From assembly GCA_965215005.1 (NCBI GenBank), contig CBDCCZ010000005.1, positions 1 to 64,000 of the forward strand: a DNA stretch of 64,000 bases, given 5' to 3'. The position numbers and the translations under genes were made by a program. The stretch is from Kofleriaceae bacterium (GTDB lineage: Bacteria > Myxococcota_A > Polyangia > Haliangiales > Haliangiaceae). Positions 51,345 to 60,182 of the stretch are shown one piece after another (positions within the stretch are counted from its first letter, which is position 1; every line of letters starts with the position of its first letter). The notes under the pieces were generated by a model that was not told the origin of the DNA, searched no databases, and saw nothing but the letters and a program-made list of their open reading frames with translations.

Positions 51345-51458
51345 CTAGCAAAACAACCATCGCTTGGGGAGACGCCGAAGGGGCGTGTGAAGAGCAGAAA
51401 TTTGCCGCCCTTGCCCCGCATCGGGGCGGCGGATTTCTGCGTCATCAATCCCGCGGCG
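51345..51458 (-). repeat. Dispersed CTAG-ended structured repeat, copy B
   Basis: The reverse complement aligns with 34772-34880 across its length. Confidence 0.9.
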
Positions 51459-51467
51459 GCGTACCTT

Positions 51468-53375
51468 TCACCCGCCCACGTTGCGAGCGGAGAGAACCTG
51501 CCGAAGCCGAGCGACGGCCTCATCGACACTGAGCTCGTGCGTCGGCAGGACCAAGTCGACCGCCTCATCCTGCGGCGCTTCATAGGGAGCATCGACGCCG
51601 CTGAGGTGATCGATCTCGCCGGCTCGCGCTCGCTCATAGAGGCCGCTCTGGTCGCGCCGCTCGCATACCTCCAGCGGCGCGCTCAGGTACACCTCGACGA
51701 ACCGCTTGGCACCGATGATGTCGCGTGCCGCGCGCCGATCCGCTTCGTAAGGCGACACCAGCGCCACGATGGTGACGAGCCCCGCGTCGTTGCAGATGCG
51801 GGCGATATGAGCGGCGCGGCGCACGCTCTCGGAACGCTCGAGCGCGGTGAAGCCGAGGTCTCCGGACAGACCGAGGCGCAAGTTCTCGCCATCGAGCACG
51901 TTGACGGTGACGCCCTCGTCGAAGAGCGCCCTTTCAAGCGCATGCGCGATGGTGCTCTTGCCGGCGCCGGTGAGCCCAGTGAGCCACACCGTTCCGGACC
52001 GCTGCGCCAGCCGCGCCGCTCGCTCATCCCCGGTGACGCGGCTCTGCTGCTGGGCCAGATTTCTGGCTGGCTGAGAACGCGCATCGTCCTGCAACGCGAT
52101 GCGCCGGTCGAGGATCATCCCCGCGCCAACCGTTCCGTTGGTGTCAGGGTCGATTACGATGAACGCGCCGGTAGAACGGCTCGTCTTGTACGGGTCGAAC
52201 GCCAGCGGCCGCGCCAGCGCCACGTGCACCCGACCAATATCGTTGAGCGCAAGGCTATCGGCATCCGCACGGCTGAGATTGTTGATGTCGAACTTGTAGC
52301 GAACCGCGGAGATCTCGGCGCGAACCGTGTTGGTGGTGTGCTTGATGAGGTACGGACGACGCGGTTTGAGCGGCTGCTCGGCCATCCATACCAGCACCGC
52401 TTCGAGCTCGCGCTCGACCCGCGGCACGTTGCCCGGATGCACAAAGACATCCCCTCGGCTCACGTCGATCTCATCGGCGAGCTGCACGGTGACGCCCATG
52501 GGCGGAAAGGCCTCTTCGACGTCACCATCAAACGTGGTAACGCGCTCGACCTTGCTCTTCTTGCCGCTCGGCAAGACCATGATTTCGTCGCCGGGGCGAA
52601 GGATGCCCGAGGTGACCGCGCCGCAGTAGCCGCGAAAGCTCATGTCTTGGCGCAGCACGTACTGCACTGGGAAGCGCATGTCGATGAGGTTGCGGTCGGA
52701 ACCGACGTGCAGCTCCTCGAGATACTCGAGCAGCGGCGCGCCGTGAAACCACGGCATCTGCGTAGAACGCTCGACCACGTTGTCGCCCTTGAGCGCGCTC
52801 ATCGGCAAGAAGTGCAGGTGCCCGACCTCGAGCTTGACCGCAAACGCGCGATACTCGTTGCGGATGCGCTCGTAGACCTCTTCGGAATAGTCGACCAAGT
52901 CCATCTTGTTGACCAGCACCACGAGGTGCTTGATGCCCAAGAGCGAGGCGATGAAGCTGTGGCGCCGGGTCTGGGGCAGCACGCCCTGTCGCGCATCGAT
53001 CAATATGAGCGCCAGGTCGGCTGTGGATGCCCCGGTCGCCATATTGCGGGTGTACTGCTCGTGCCCAGGGCAATCGGCGATGATGAACTTGCGCCGTGGC
53101 GTCGAAAAGTAGCGATACGCGACATCGATGGTGATGCCCTGCTCGCGCTCTGCCTTGAGACCGTCGACTAGCAGGCTGTAATCGATCTCGGCGCCCGCCG
53201 AGCCCACGCGCCGCGAGTCGCGCTGCAGGGTCTGAAGGTGGTCTTCGTAGATCTCTTTCGAGTCGTGTAACAGCCGCCCGATGAGCGTGGACTTGCCGTC
53301 ATCCACGCTGCCAGCGGTGAGCAGCCGCAGTAGATCTTTGGTCTCGTTGGCTTCCAGTACTTCGCGGATGCCCAT
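51468..53375 (-). CDS. cysN: Bifunctional sulfate adenylyltransferase subunit 1 / APS kinase (CysNC)
   Basis: GSVDDGKST, EREQGITID, DCPGHEQY, NKMD; C-terminal WLTGLTGAGKST...PYEAP kinase domain. Confidence 0.95.
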   Translation of the reverse strand: MGIREVLEANETKDLLRLLTAGSVDDGKSTLIGRLLHDSKEIYEDHLQTLQRDSRRVGSAGAEIDYSLLVDGLKAEREQGITIDVAYRYFSTPRRKFIIADCPGHEQYTRNMATGASTADLALILIDARQGVLPQTRRHSFIASLLGIKHLVVLVNKMDLVDYSEEVYERIRNEYRAFAVKLEVGHLHFLPMSALKGDNVVERSTQMPWFHGAPLLEYLEELHVGSDRNLIDMRFPVQYVLRQDMSFRGYCGAVTSGILRPGDEIMVLPSGKKSKVERVTTFDGDVEEAFPPMGVTVQLADEIDVSRGDVFVHPGNVPRVERELEAVLVWMAEQPLKPRRPYLIKHTTNTVRAEISAVRYKFDINNLSRADADSLALNDIGRVHVALARPLAFDPYKTSRSTGAFIVIDPDTNGTVGAGMILDRRIALQDDARSQPARNLAQQQSRVTGDERAARLAQRSGTVWLTGLTGAGKSTIAHALERALFDEGVTVNVLDGENLRLGLSGDLGFTALERSESVRRAAHIARICNDAGLVTIVALVSPYEADRRAARDIIGAKRFVEVYLSAPLEVCERRDQSGLYERARAGEIDHLSGVDAPYEAPQDEAVDLVLPTHELSVDEAVARLRQVLSARNVGG

Positions 53376-54277
53376 TAGAAGTATCCTTCGCGCTTCTTCA
53401 GCTCCATCGAGCCATCTTGATCATGATCGATGACTCGGGTGAGCCGCTCAGACTGCTTGGCAACCATCAGCTCGGCGATGATCTTCTCGAGGGTATCGGC
53501 CTCGGAACGGACCGCGCCGGTGCATGGTGAGCAGCCAAGAGAGCGAAACCGACACATGACCGTCTCGGGACTCTCGTGCGGAAGCAGGCGCGTGGACGGC
53601 TCGATCGGGATGAGCTGGCCGCCGCGGACCACCATCTCGCGCTCCTTGGCGAAATACATCGGCACGATGGGGATGCTCTCGCGATAGATGTAGACCCAGA
53701 CGTCGAGCTCGGTCCAGTTGCTGATGGGAAACACGCGGATGCTCTCGCCCGGATCCTTGCGGCCGTTGTACAGGTTCCACAGCTCGGGCCGCTGATTCTT
53801 CGGATCCCACTGCCCGTGGCGATCACGAAACGAATACACCCGCTCTTTGGCGCGCGATTTTTCTTCGTCGCGCCGCGCGCCGCCGAACGCCGCGTCGTAG
53901 CCGCCGTTGGTCAGCCCACTGAGAAGGCCCTGGGTCTTGAGCGCGCCGCAGCAGCGCGCAGTGCCTAGATCCCAGGGATTGGCGCCTCCGGCGATGGCCT
54001 CTTCGTTGCGGTGGACGACCAACTGCGCGCCAATTTCGGCGCAGAACTGATCGCGAAACTCGTACATCTCGCGAAACTTGTAGCCGGTGTCGATGTGCAA
54101 CAGCGGGAAGGGAATCTTGCCGGGATGAAACGCCTTTTGCGCCAGGCGCACCATCACGGACGAGTCTTTGCCGACCGAGTAGAGCATCACCGGGTTCTCG
54201 AACTCGGCCGCGACTTCGCGAAGGATGTGGATGCTCTCGGCCTCGAGCGCATCGAGGTGGGTGAGGTTGTACCGCAT
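53375..54277 (-). CDS. cysD: Sulfate adenylyltransferase subunit 2
   Basis: [47 protein letters not shown]. Confidence 0.97.
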   Translation of the reverse strand: MRYNLTHLDALEAESIHILREVAAEFENPVMLYSVGKDSSVMVRLAQKAFHPGKIPFPLLHIDTGYKFREMYEFRDQFCAEIGAQLVVHRNEEAIAGGANPWDLGTARCCGALKTQGLLSGLTNGGYDAAFGGARRDEEKSRAKERVYSFRDRHGQWDPKNQRPELWNLYNGRKDPGESIRVFPISNWTELDVWVYIYRESIPIVPMYFAKEREMVVRGGQLIPIEPSTRLLPHESPETVMCRFRSLGCSPCTGAVRSEADTLEKIIAELMVAKQSERLTRVIDHDQDGSMELKKREGYF

Positions 54278-54378
54278 GGTTGGCTCCAGCCGGTGGCAAC
54301 GCTTCGTGCGTGCCGGTGGCCAAGGCTATCGCATAAATTTGCATCGGGCTGGCGCTGATCTCACGAACCGAATTCGTG

Positions 54379-56814
54379 TCACGGTCGTCCGCCGGCAGTC
54401 TCGACGATCACCACGCCTCGGCGATCGATGATGGCAGTGATCGAGCCGTGCAGGTCGGTGCGCAGCACCTGCGCGCCGGCATTGCGCCAGCGATACTCGA
54501 CCTCGGCGGCGGGAAATCGAAAGCGATTGGCGAGGCCGCACGAGATGACCGCCAGGCGCGGCCGAACCGCGGCGACGAACCCAGCAGAGGACGAGGTCCG
54601 GCTGCCGTGGTGCGGGACCTTGACGATGTCGGCAGCGAGCGCATCGCCAAACCGGTCGACCAGGCGCTCTTCGCCCTCGCCTTCGACATCGCCGGCGAAC
54701 AAGATGCGGCGGCCCGCGCGCTCGATGGCCACGACCAGCGAGTCGTCGTTGATGTCGGCGACTGGATCGGCGGCGGTGGCGCGGCGATAGCGCGGCGCCA
54801 AAACCCGCAGGGTGACGTCGCCGTCGCGAAGCGCTGCGCCGAGCGGAGGATGACGCAGCCTGACGCCGCGGCGTGCCAGCTCGACCCGCAACGCCTGATA
54901 CTCCCAGCTCGGCGGCGCCGCAGCGTGCGGCTTGGCATCCCACAGCTCGCCGATATCCACGACCGCGGCCACCGCTCTCAGGCCGCTATAATGATCCGGG
55001 TGCGGATGCGAGAGGATCACTACGTCGATGCGCTCGATGCCGCGCTCACGCAGCAGCGGCACCACCGCGTGCTGCCCCGGTGATTCGGCGATTCGGGCGC
55101 GCTCGGCAGCGCTGCGCTCACCGGCGACGAATGGCAGCCCGCCACCGTCGATCAACCATACGCCGCCAGAAGGTAGCTCGACGAGCGCGGCATCGCCTTG
55201 CCCGACGTCGACGAACGTGACGCGCAGCTCGTCGGCCCAGCGTGGCGCGAGCTCGTGGCGGACCAGCTGGCCGGCCGCCACGACCGCAACCATCGACACT
55301 CCCCCAAGCAGCGCACGCCGCCAACCCACCCGGCCTCGCGTCGCGGCGATGGCAAGCCCCACCGCCGCGAGCAGCAGGAGCGACTGCCACGCGTGCAACG
55401 CCGGCGCAGCCGCCGCCGGCAAACTCTCCGCAGTCCAGCGAGAAGCCATAATCACGACGTCGGCGGCGAGCGCGGCGAGCCCGATGAGAGCGGCGCCCAC
55501 CGGCGCCCATCCACCGGCGAGCATCGCGCCGAGCAGCCCGCACGGAACGATGATTAGCTCCGTGAGCGGCACGACGATGAGGTTGGCCACCACGCCGCCC
55601 ATCGCCACCGTGCCGAAGCTCGCCGCGGTAATTGGTGCGGTGGCCGCCGTCGCCCACGCTGAAGCGCGCAGTAGCGAGCGCGCCGCACGCCAGCACCGCA
55701 TCGCGATGCGGCGCCAGAGCGAGCCGTGCGGCGGGGGCGCTGGTTTGCCAGAGGCCAATGCCAACGCTGTCGTTGCCGCGATCGACAACTGAAACGACGG
55801 ATCCCAAAGAATGGCGGGCTGCCACGCCAGCAGCAGCAGCGCTGCAACCCCGACAGCGTCGATGATGCGTGCGCGCCGACCCAGCGCGACGCCAGCGAGC
55901 ACCAGTAGCACCACCAACAGCGCGCGCAGCGTCGACGGCCGCGCCCCGGTGACCAACGTGAAGAGGCACGCAAGCGGTGCCGCGACCAGCGCCGCGACCC
56001 GGGCCGCATCGATTCGATTGGCGAGCGCGGGCACCGCCGCCCAGCCGCGGCGCACGGCAGCGAACGACAGCAGCGCAACCAGCGCCAAATGCAGGCCGCT
56101 CACCGCCAACACGTGCGCCACGCCCGCGCTCTGAAACCAATCGCGCAGCTCATCGCGGAGCCCAGCGCGATCACCGGTGGACATCGCGCGCACCACGCCA
56201 CCCGCATCGCCAGGGGCGCGCGCAGCCACCTGCGCCGACAGCCGCCGCTGCAGCGCCGCCGGCCACCGCCATAGCGACACCCGATCCGCTGCCGCCAGAT
56301 GCGTCACCTCCCCGGCGGGAGCCGTCAGCACCGCGTGCTGGTGCCGCGCCCGAGCGAAGCGCGCGCGATCGAACGCCCCCGCCACCCGATACCCGCGCGG
56401 CGTGCGCAAGCGACCGCGAACCTCGACCAAGTCGCCCGGCAGCACTTCGACGTCGGCCGCCGCAGTCACCGCTACTCGCGCAGCTCCCGTGTCGAGCTCG
56501 AAACGCCGCCAACGCGGTCCGTCTTCTATAGGGCCGCTAACGTGACCGCGGAGCGTATCCAAAGCGCGATCATCGGCCACGTGCGGGCTCTCGAGCGCCG
56601 CTTGCTGATAGTAGTAGCTGCCGCATGCGCCGCGCGTGGCGCCGAGCAGCAGCACGCAAATCAGCAATCCCCCACGGCCGTGATGACGGGAGAGCATCAT
56701 CGCGATAGCGAGCGCTGCCCACAGCGTAGGCACCTCTGCCCACATGGAGGCATCGGCAAGCGCAACGCCTGCGGCGAAGAATAGCGCGATGAGTGGCGAA
56801 CGCGGCGGCAGCAC
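54379..56814 (-). CDS. comEC: DNA internalization competence protein ComEC/Rec2 (start uncertain)
   Basis: HVLAVSGLH, SFQLS, DVGQGDA, SHPHPDH, GDVE, KVPHHGS, RTDLHG. Confidence 0.93.
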   Translation of the reverse strand: MLPPRSPLIALFFAAGVALADASMWAEVPTLWAALAIAMMLSRHHGRGGLLICVLLLGATRGACGSYYYQQAALESPHVADDRALDTLRGHVSGPIEDGPRWRRFELDTGAARVAVTAAADVEVLPGDLVEVRGRLRTPRGYRVAGAFDRARFARARHQHAVLTAPAGEVTHLAAADRVSLWRWPAALQRRLSAQVAARAPGDAGGVVRAMSTGDRAGLRDELRDWFQSAGVAHVLAVSGLHLALVALLSFAAVRRGWAAVPALANRIDAARVAALVAAPLACLFTLVTGARPSTLRALLVVLLVLAGVALGRRARIIDAVGVAALLLLAWQPAILWDPSFQLSIAATTALALASGKPAPPPHGSLWRRIAMRCWRAARSLLRASAWATAATAPITAASFGTVAMGGVVANLIVVPLTELIIVPCGLLGAMLAGGWAPVGAALIGLAALAADVVIMASRWTAESLPAAAAPALHAWQSLLLLAAVGLAIAATRGRVGWRRALLGGVSMVAVVAAGQLVRHELAPRWADELRVTFVDVGQGDAALVELPSGGVWLIDGGGLPFVAGERSAAERARIAESPGQHAVVPLLRERGIERIDVVILSHPHPDHYSGLRAVAAVVDIGELWDAKPHAAAPPSWEYQALRVELARRGVRLRHPPLGAALRDGDVTLRVLAPRYRRATAADPVADINDDSLVVAIERAGRRILFAGDVEGEGEERLVDRFGDALAADIVKVPHHGSRTSSSAGFVAAVRPRLAVISCGLANRFRFPAAEVEYRWRNAGAQVLRTDLHGSITAIIDRRGVVIVETAGGRP

Positions 56815-56990
56815 GCCCAGGGTTTCGGAGGCGGCCAGGAGAAGTTGCCGCCGGGCCGTTGACCCGTTTGCCGCGGCGTACGTAAAGTTAGCGAGATACT
56901 GGGGATTTATGTTAGGGAGCGCGGCGAAGCGAGACGGTTCAGCCGGTGGCGACGTCGGTCCTGGTTCCAAGGCTTTCTTCGAGGGGCACC

Positions 56991-57701
56991 ATGTTGCTGA
57001 GCACGCTGTCGAGGCCAGTGTTGGGAGCCGCGGCGCTGGTCGTCACCGGCCTGCTTGCAAGCGCACCGGCACGTGCCGGTGAGCTCGCGGGCACCGTTGA
57101 GCTCAAACCCAACAAACCGGGCTCACCGCCGGTGAAAAACAAAGGCTTTCTCGACCGCATCGAGAATCCGATCAAGCCGACCAAGAGCTATGAGCCGTGG
57201 CCATACATGGTGGTGGTCGCTGTCGGCGACGTTCCCGACGAGGCGAAGGCCAGCAATACGCCGGTCGTCTACGCGCTCATCGGCGAGTCGTTTCGCGTCC
57301 CGCTGCAGCCGGTGCTAGCCGGTCGTGAGGTCGAAATTCGCAACACGGGGACCAGCGCGCCGGTGCTCTATGCGTCCGAAGCCCCGGACGCGTTCACCAC
57401 CGAGCCGCTCAACCCAAGCGGCATTCGCACTATCAAGGGACCAAAGAGCGGCCAAGTACTGCACCTACGAAGCCAAGACACGCCGCATCTAGAGGGGCGG
57501 ATCGTCGGCTTCGAGACCCCCTATTTCAGTGTCGTTGGCGACGGCGGGCGCTACGAGATCACCGACCTACCCGCAGGCAACTGGACGGTGAAGGTGTGGT
57601 ACCGCGATGGCTGGCTCGACGTGCCCGACAAGGTCGTCGAGCTCGGCCGCGGCAAGACCAAGCACGACATCGACGTACCGCCTACCCTCACGACGAAGTA
57701 A
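56991..57701 (+). CDS. Secreted hypothetical beta-sandwich protein
   Basis: Signal peptide ending ARA; G.YEITDLPAG.WTVKVW motif. Confidence 0.7.
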   Translation: MLLSTLSRPVLGAAALVVTGLLASAPARAGELAGTVELKPNKPGSPPVKNKGFLDRIENPIKPTKSYEPWPYMVVVAVGDVPDEAKASNTPVVYALIGESFRVPLQPVLAGREVEIRNTGTSAPVLYASEAPDAFTTEPLNPSGIRTIKGPKSGQVLHLRSQDTPHLEGRIVGFETPYFSVVGDGGRYEITDLPAGNWTVKVWYRDGWLDVPDKVVELGRGKTKHDIDVPPTLTTK

Positions 57702-57721
57702 CGGAAGGCAGAGGAGCAGCC

Positions 57722-59575
57722 GTGTTCTGGTCGAAGATTTGGTTCTTTCTGGTCGCCTGCGCAGCCGCAGCGGCACTTGCCAGTGCCTTGGCGATGCCTC
57801 GCCCCGCCGCGCGAGAAGCGGCCAAGACCGAACGCGAACGGCTTGCAGAGGCCTGCGACGTCATCAACATCCTCCTGGCGGACAACGCCCGCGGTCGCCT
57901 GCAGCTGGTCGGGCGCTACGCCCTCGATGAACAAATCGCGGCGATCCTCGCCGAGGCGTCGAGCAAGGACACCATCGCGGCTGATACGCACGGCAACGCC
58001 CGCCAGCGCGCCAAACAACTACTTGAGGAAATCAGCGGCGCCAAGCCCGATATCGCCATCCTCACCGATGCAGCGGGCCGGGTAGTCACGCGGGTTGGGC
58101 TCGACGAGAAAGACTACGGCGACTCCATCGCGGGCTACTTCGCGGTCGAAGATGCGCTGCATGGCTATCTACGCGACGATCTCTGGTATCTCGACAAGAA
58201 GCTCTACCTCGTCGCGGCCTCCCCTGTCATTCGCCGCACGGGTGCTGGCAGCTACGTCGGCGCGGTGGTCCTCGGTCACCAAGTCGACAAGGAGCTCGCA
58301 GAGGACTTCGTCAAGCCGTTGCGCGCCGAGGTCGCGTTCTATACCGCCGGCATGGCACTGGCCACCAGCGAGACGGTGGGCATCGACAACGAGGTACTCG
58401 AGCGCTATTCGACTCTCGAGTATCCCAGCGAGGAGCTCGCCGGGGACTGCCGCGCCTTCGAGCCTATGGAGATCCGCGGCGGAGACGATGAATATCTGGT
58501 GTTGACCTCGCGACTGCCCGGTGAGGCCGGTGAGCGCGATGGCTTCTTTGCAGTGTTTCTCGATCGCACTCGCGATGTCGGCTTTCTCGGCACTCTTGGC
58601 ACACTCAAGAAAGAAGACCTCGGCTTTGGCGATTTTCCGTGGCTGTTGGTGGGACTGGCATTCGTCGTGATGGTTGCCGGCGGCATCGCCTTGATGGTCT
58701 TAGAGGCAGACCTGCCACTCAAGAAGCTATCAGCCAATGCGGTAGAATTGGCCAAAGGCGATACCGACCGCCTGGCCGAGGATCGTCACCGCGGCAAGTT
58801 CGGCTCCATCGCGCGCAGCGTCAACATCTTCATAGACAAGCTGCACCGCGACGCCAAGTCGGCCAAGAAAGACCTCGATCAACTGCTGGGGCCCGCCCCC
58901 GAGGATAGCTTCGGCGGCTTTGACGCCGGCGGCGCCAGCGCGCTTCCGCCGCTTGGACCGACGGGCATGTCGCCGCCCGTTGCCGCCGCCCCACCGCCAA
59001 GCCAATTCAAGTTCACCGATCCCAGTCCGGGTCGAGCGCCGTTTGCGCTGGACTTGCCACCACCGCCGGGCGCCGATGATGAAGACGCGCCCACACGCGC
59101 GGTAGAGCTTCCCAAGGCATCGCGCCCGATCGCACCCAAGCCAATCGCGCTGCCGACATCTGCGTTTGGTGCCCCGGCGCCGCCCGCGTTCGAGAAGACG
59201 CCGCCGCCGCCGATCCCGGGTCCGAAGAAAGCATTCGACGATGACATCTTGCGCAGCGACGCAGCGCCCGTCGGCAAGCGTCGCGATGCCAGCGACTTCG
59301 ATGCACCGACCATGGTGGCCGATCCAAGTCGGTCCCTGCTGAACGCGAGCAGTCGGGACGAAGGCGCCTACTTCCGCGAAGTGTTCGAGGAGTTCGTGGC
59401 GCTCAAGGAGCAGTGCGGCGAGTCGACCTCCAGCCTCACGTTCGAGAAGTTTTCGCAGAAGCTACAAAAGAATAAGAGTGCGCTGATGGACAAGCATCAG
59501 TGCAGCGAGGTGAAGTTTCAGGTGTACGTCAAAGACGGCAAGGCTGCTCTAAAGGCAACACCAGTCAAAGACTGA
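57722..59575 (+). CDS. MXAN_5187-family membrane protein (Cache-like domain, HAMP-like region, Pro-rich linker, conserved C-terminal domain)
   Basis: GTG start after GAGGAG; C-terminal F..VF.EFV..K..CGE.T..LTFEKF..KL.KN...V.FQVYVKDGKAALKATP. Confidence 0.85.
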   Translation: MFWSKIWFFLVACAAAAALASALAMPRPAAREAAKTERERLAEACDVINILLADNARGRLQLVGRYALDEQIAAILAEASSKDTIAADTHGNARQRAKQLLEEISGAKPDIAILTDAAGRVVTRVGLDEKDYGDSIAGYFAVEDALHGYLRDDLWYLDKKLYLVAASPVIRRTGAGSYVGAVVLGHQVDKELAEDFVKPLRAEVAFYTAGMALATSETVGIDNEVLERYSTLEYPSEELAGDCRAFEPMEIRGGDDEYLVLTSRLPGEAGERDGFFAVFLDRTRDVGFLGTLGTLKKEDLGFGDFPWLLVGLAFVVMVAGGIALMVLEADLPLKKLSANAVELAKGDTDRLAEDRHRGKFGSIARSVNIFIDKLHRDAKSAKKDLDQLLGPAPEDSFGGFDAGGASALPPLGPTGMSPPVAAAPPPSQFKFTDPSPGRAPFALDLPPPPGADDEDAPTRAVELPKASRPIAPKPIALPTSAFGAPAPPAFEKTPPPPIPGPKKAFDDDILRSDAAPVGKRRDASDFDAPTMVADPSRSLLNASSRDEGAYFREVFEEFVALKEQCGESTSSLTFEKFSQKLQKNKSALMDKHQCSEVKFQVYVKDGKAALKATPVKD

Positions 59576-59582
59576 CGGTCCT

Positions 59583-59618
59583 CTTCGGCGTCTCCGCAAG
59601 CGATTGTTGCGTTGCTAG
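59583..59618 (+). repeat. Dispersed repeat, partial copy C (CTAG end only)
   Basis: CTTCGGCGTCTCCGCAAGCGATTGTTGCGTTGCTAG matches copy B at 32 of 36 positions. Its CTAG contains the stop codon of the GreA-like gene. Confidence 0.8.
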
Positions 59619-60109
59619 GCGAGCCAGGTAATCGTCCACTCGCGGACGTCGCCGTCGACCGTGACGTCGATGGTATCGCCGAGACGACGACCGAGGACGG
59701 CGCGGCCAACCGGCGAGGCCGGGGTGACCACCGTCAGAACGCCATCGCCGCCGGGGCCGGTCAGCGTCATGCCTGCTCCGACCGGTGCGAGAAAGAACGT
59801 GCGGCCTTCGCCGGAATCTGCGTCCTCGACCTCCACGATGGCGCCCACACACGCTGCGGCCCCCTTGGCTAGCGGCTCGGCGCGAAAACCGCCCAGCGCC
59901 GAAAGCTCTCGGAACGCGCGCTCGGCGCGGCGACTCTGGCCTTTGGCGAGGCTGGCGTATTCGATCGCGACTCGCGCATCGGCGCGCTTCTCGCGCTCGG
60001 TAGCGCCGTCACGCGCTTCCTGCGCCGCTTGCACGCTGGCGTCCTGCGCTTGCCGCGCGAGCGCGCGAAGCTGATCTTCGAGCTGAGCAAGCAGTGTGCC
60101 CTTGTCCAT
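59615..60109 (-). CDS. GreA/GreB-family elongation factor-like protein
   Basis: N-terminal coiled coil; VGAIVEVED, VVTPASPVGRAVLGRRLGD. Confidence 0.85.
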   Translation of the reverse strand: MDKGTLLAQLEDQLRALARQAQDASVQAAQEARDGATEREKRADARVAIEYASLAKGQSRRAERAFRELSALGGFRAEPLAKGAAACVGAIVEVEDADSGEGRTFFLAPVGAGMTLTGPGGDGVLTVVTPASPVGRAVLGRRLGDTIDVTVDGDVREWTITWLA

Positions 60110-60182
60110 CCTCGCCAGCTAACGCGAGCCGCTCACTGCTGGCAACTTTCTGCGGCTGCGCCTCGCTGCGCAGACGTTGCAG

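Noticed and set aside
51291..53171. Long plus-strand ORF (626 aa) and similar antisense ORFs throughout the window
   Set aside because: These are shadow frames of well-supported opposite-strand genes, expected in high-GC DNA.
60140..60165. GGCAACTTTCTGC resembling the middle of the dispersed repeat
   Set aside because: Too short to support as another copy.
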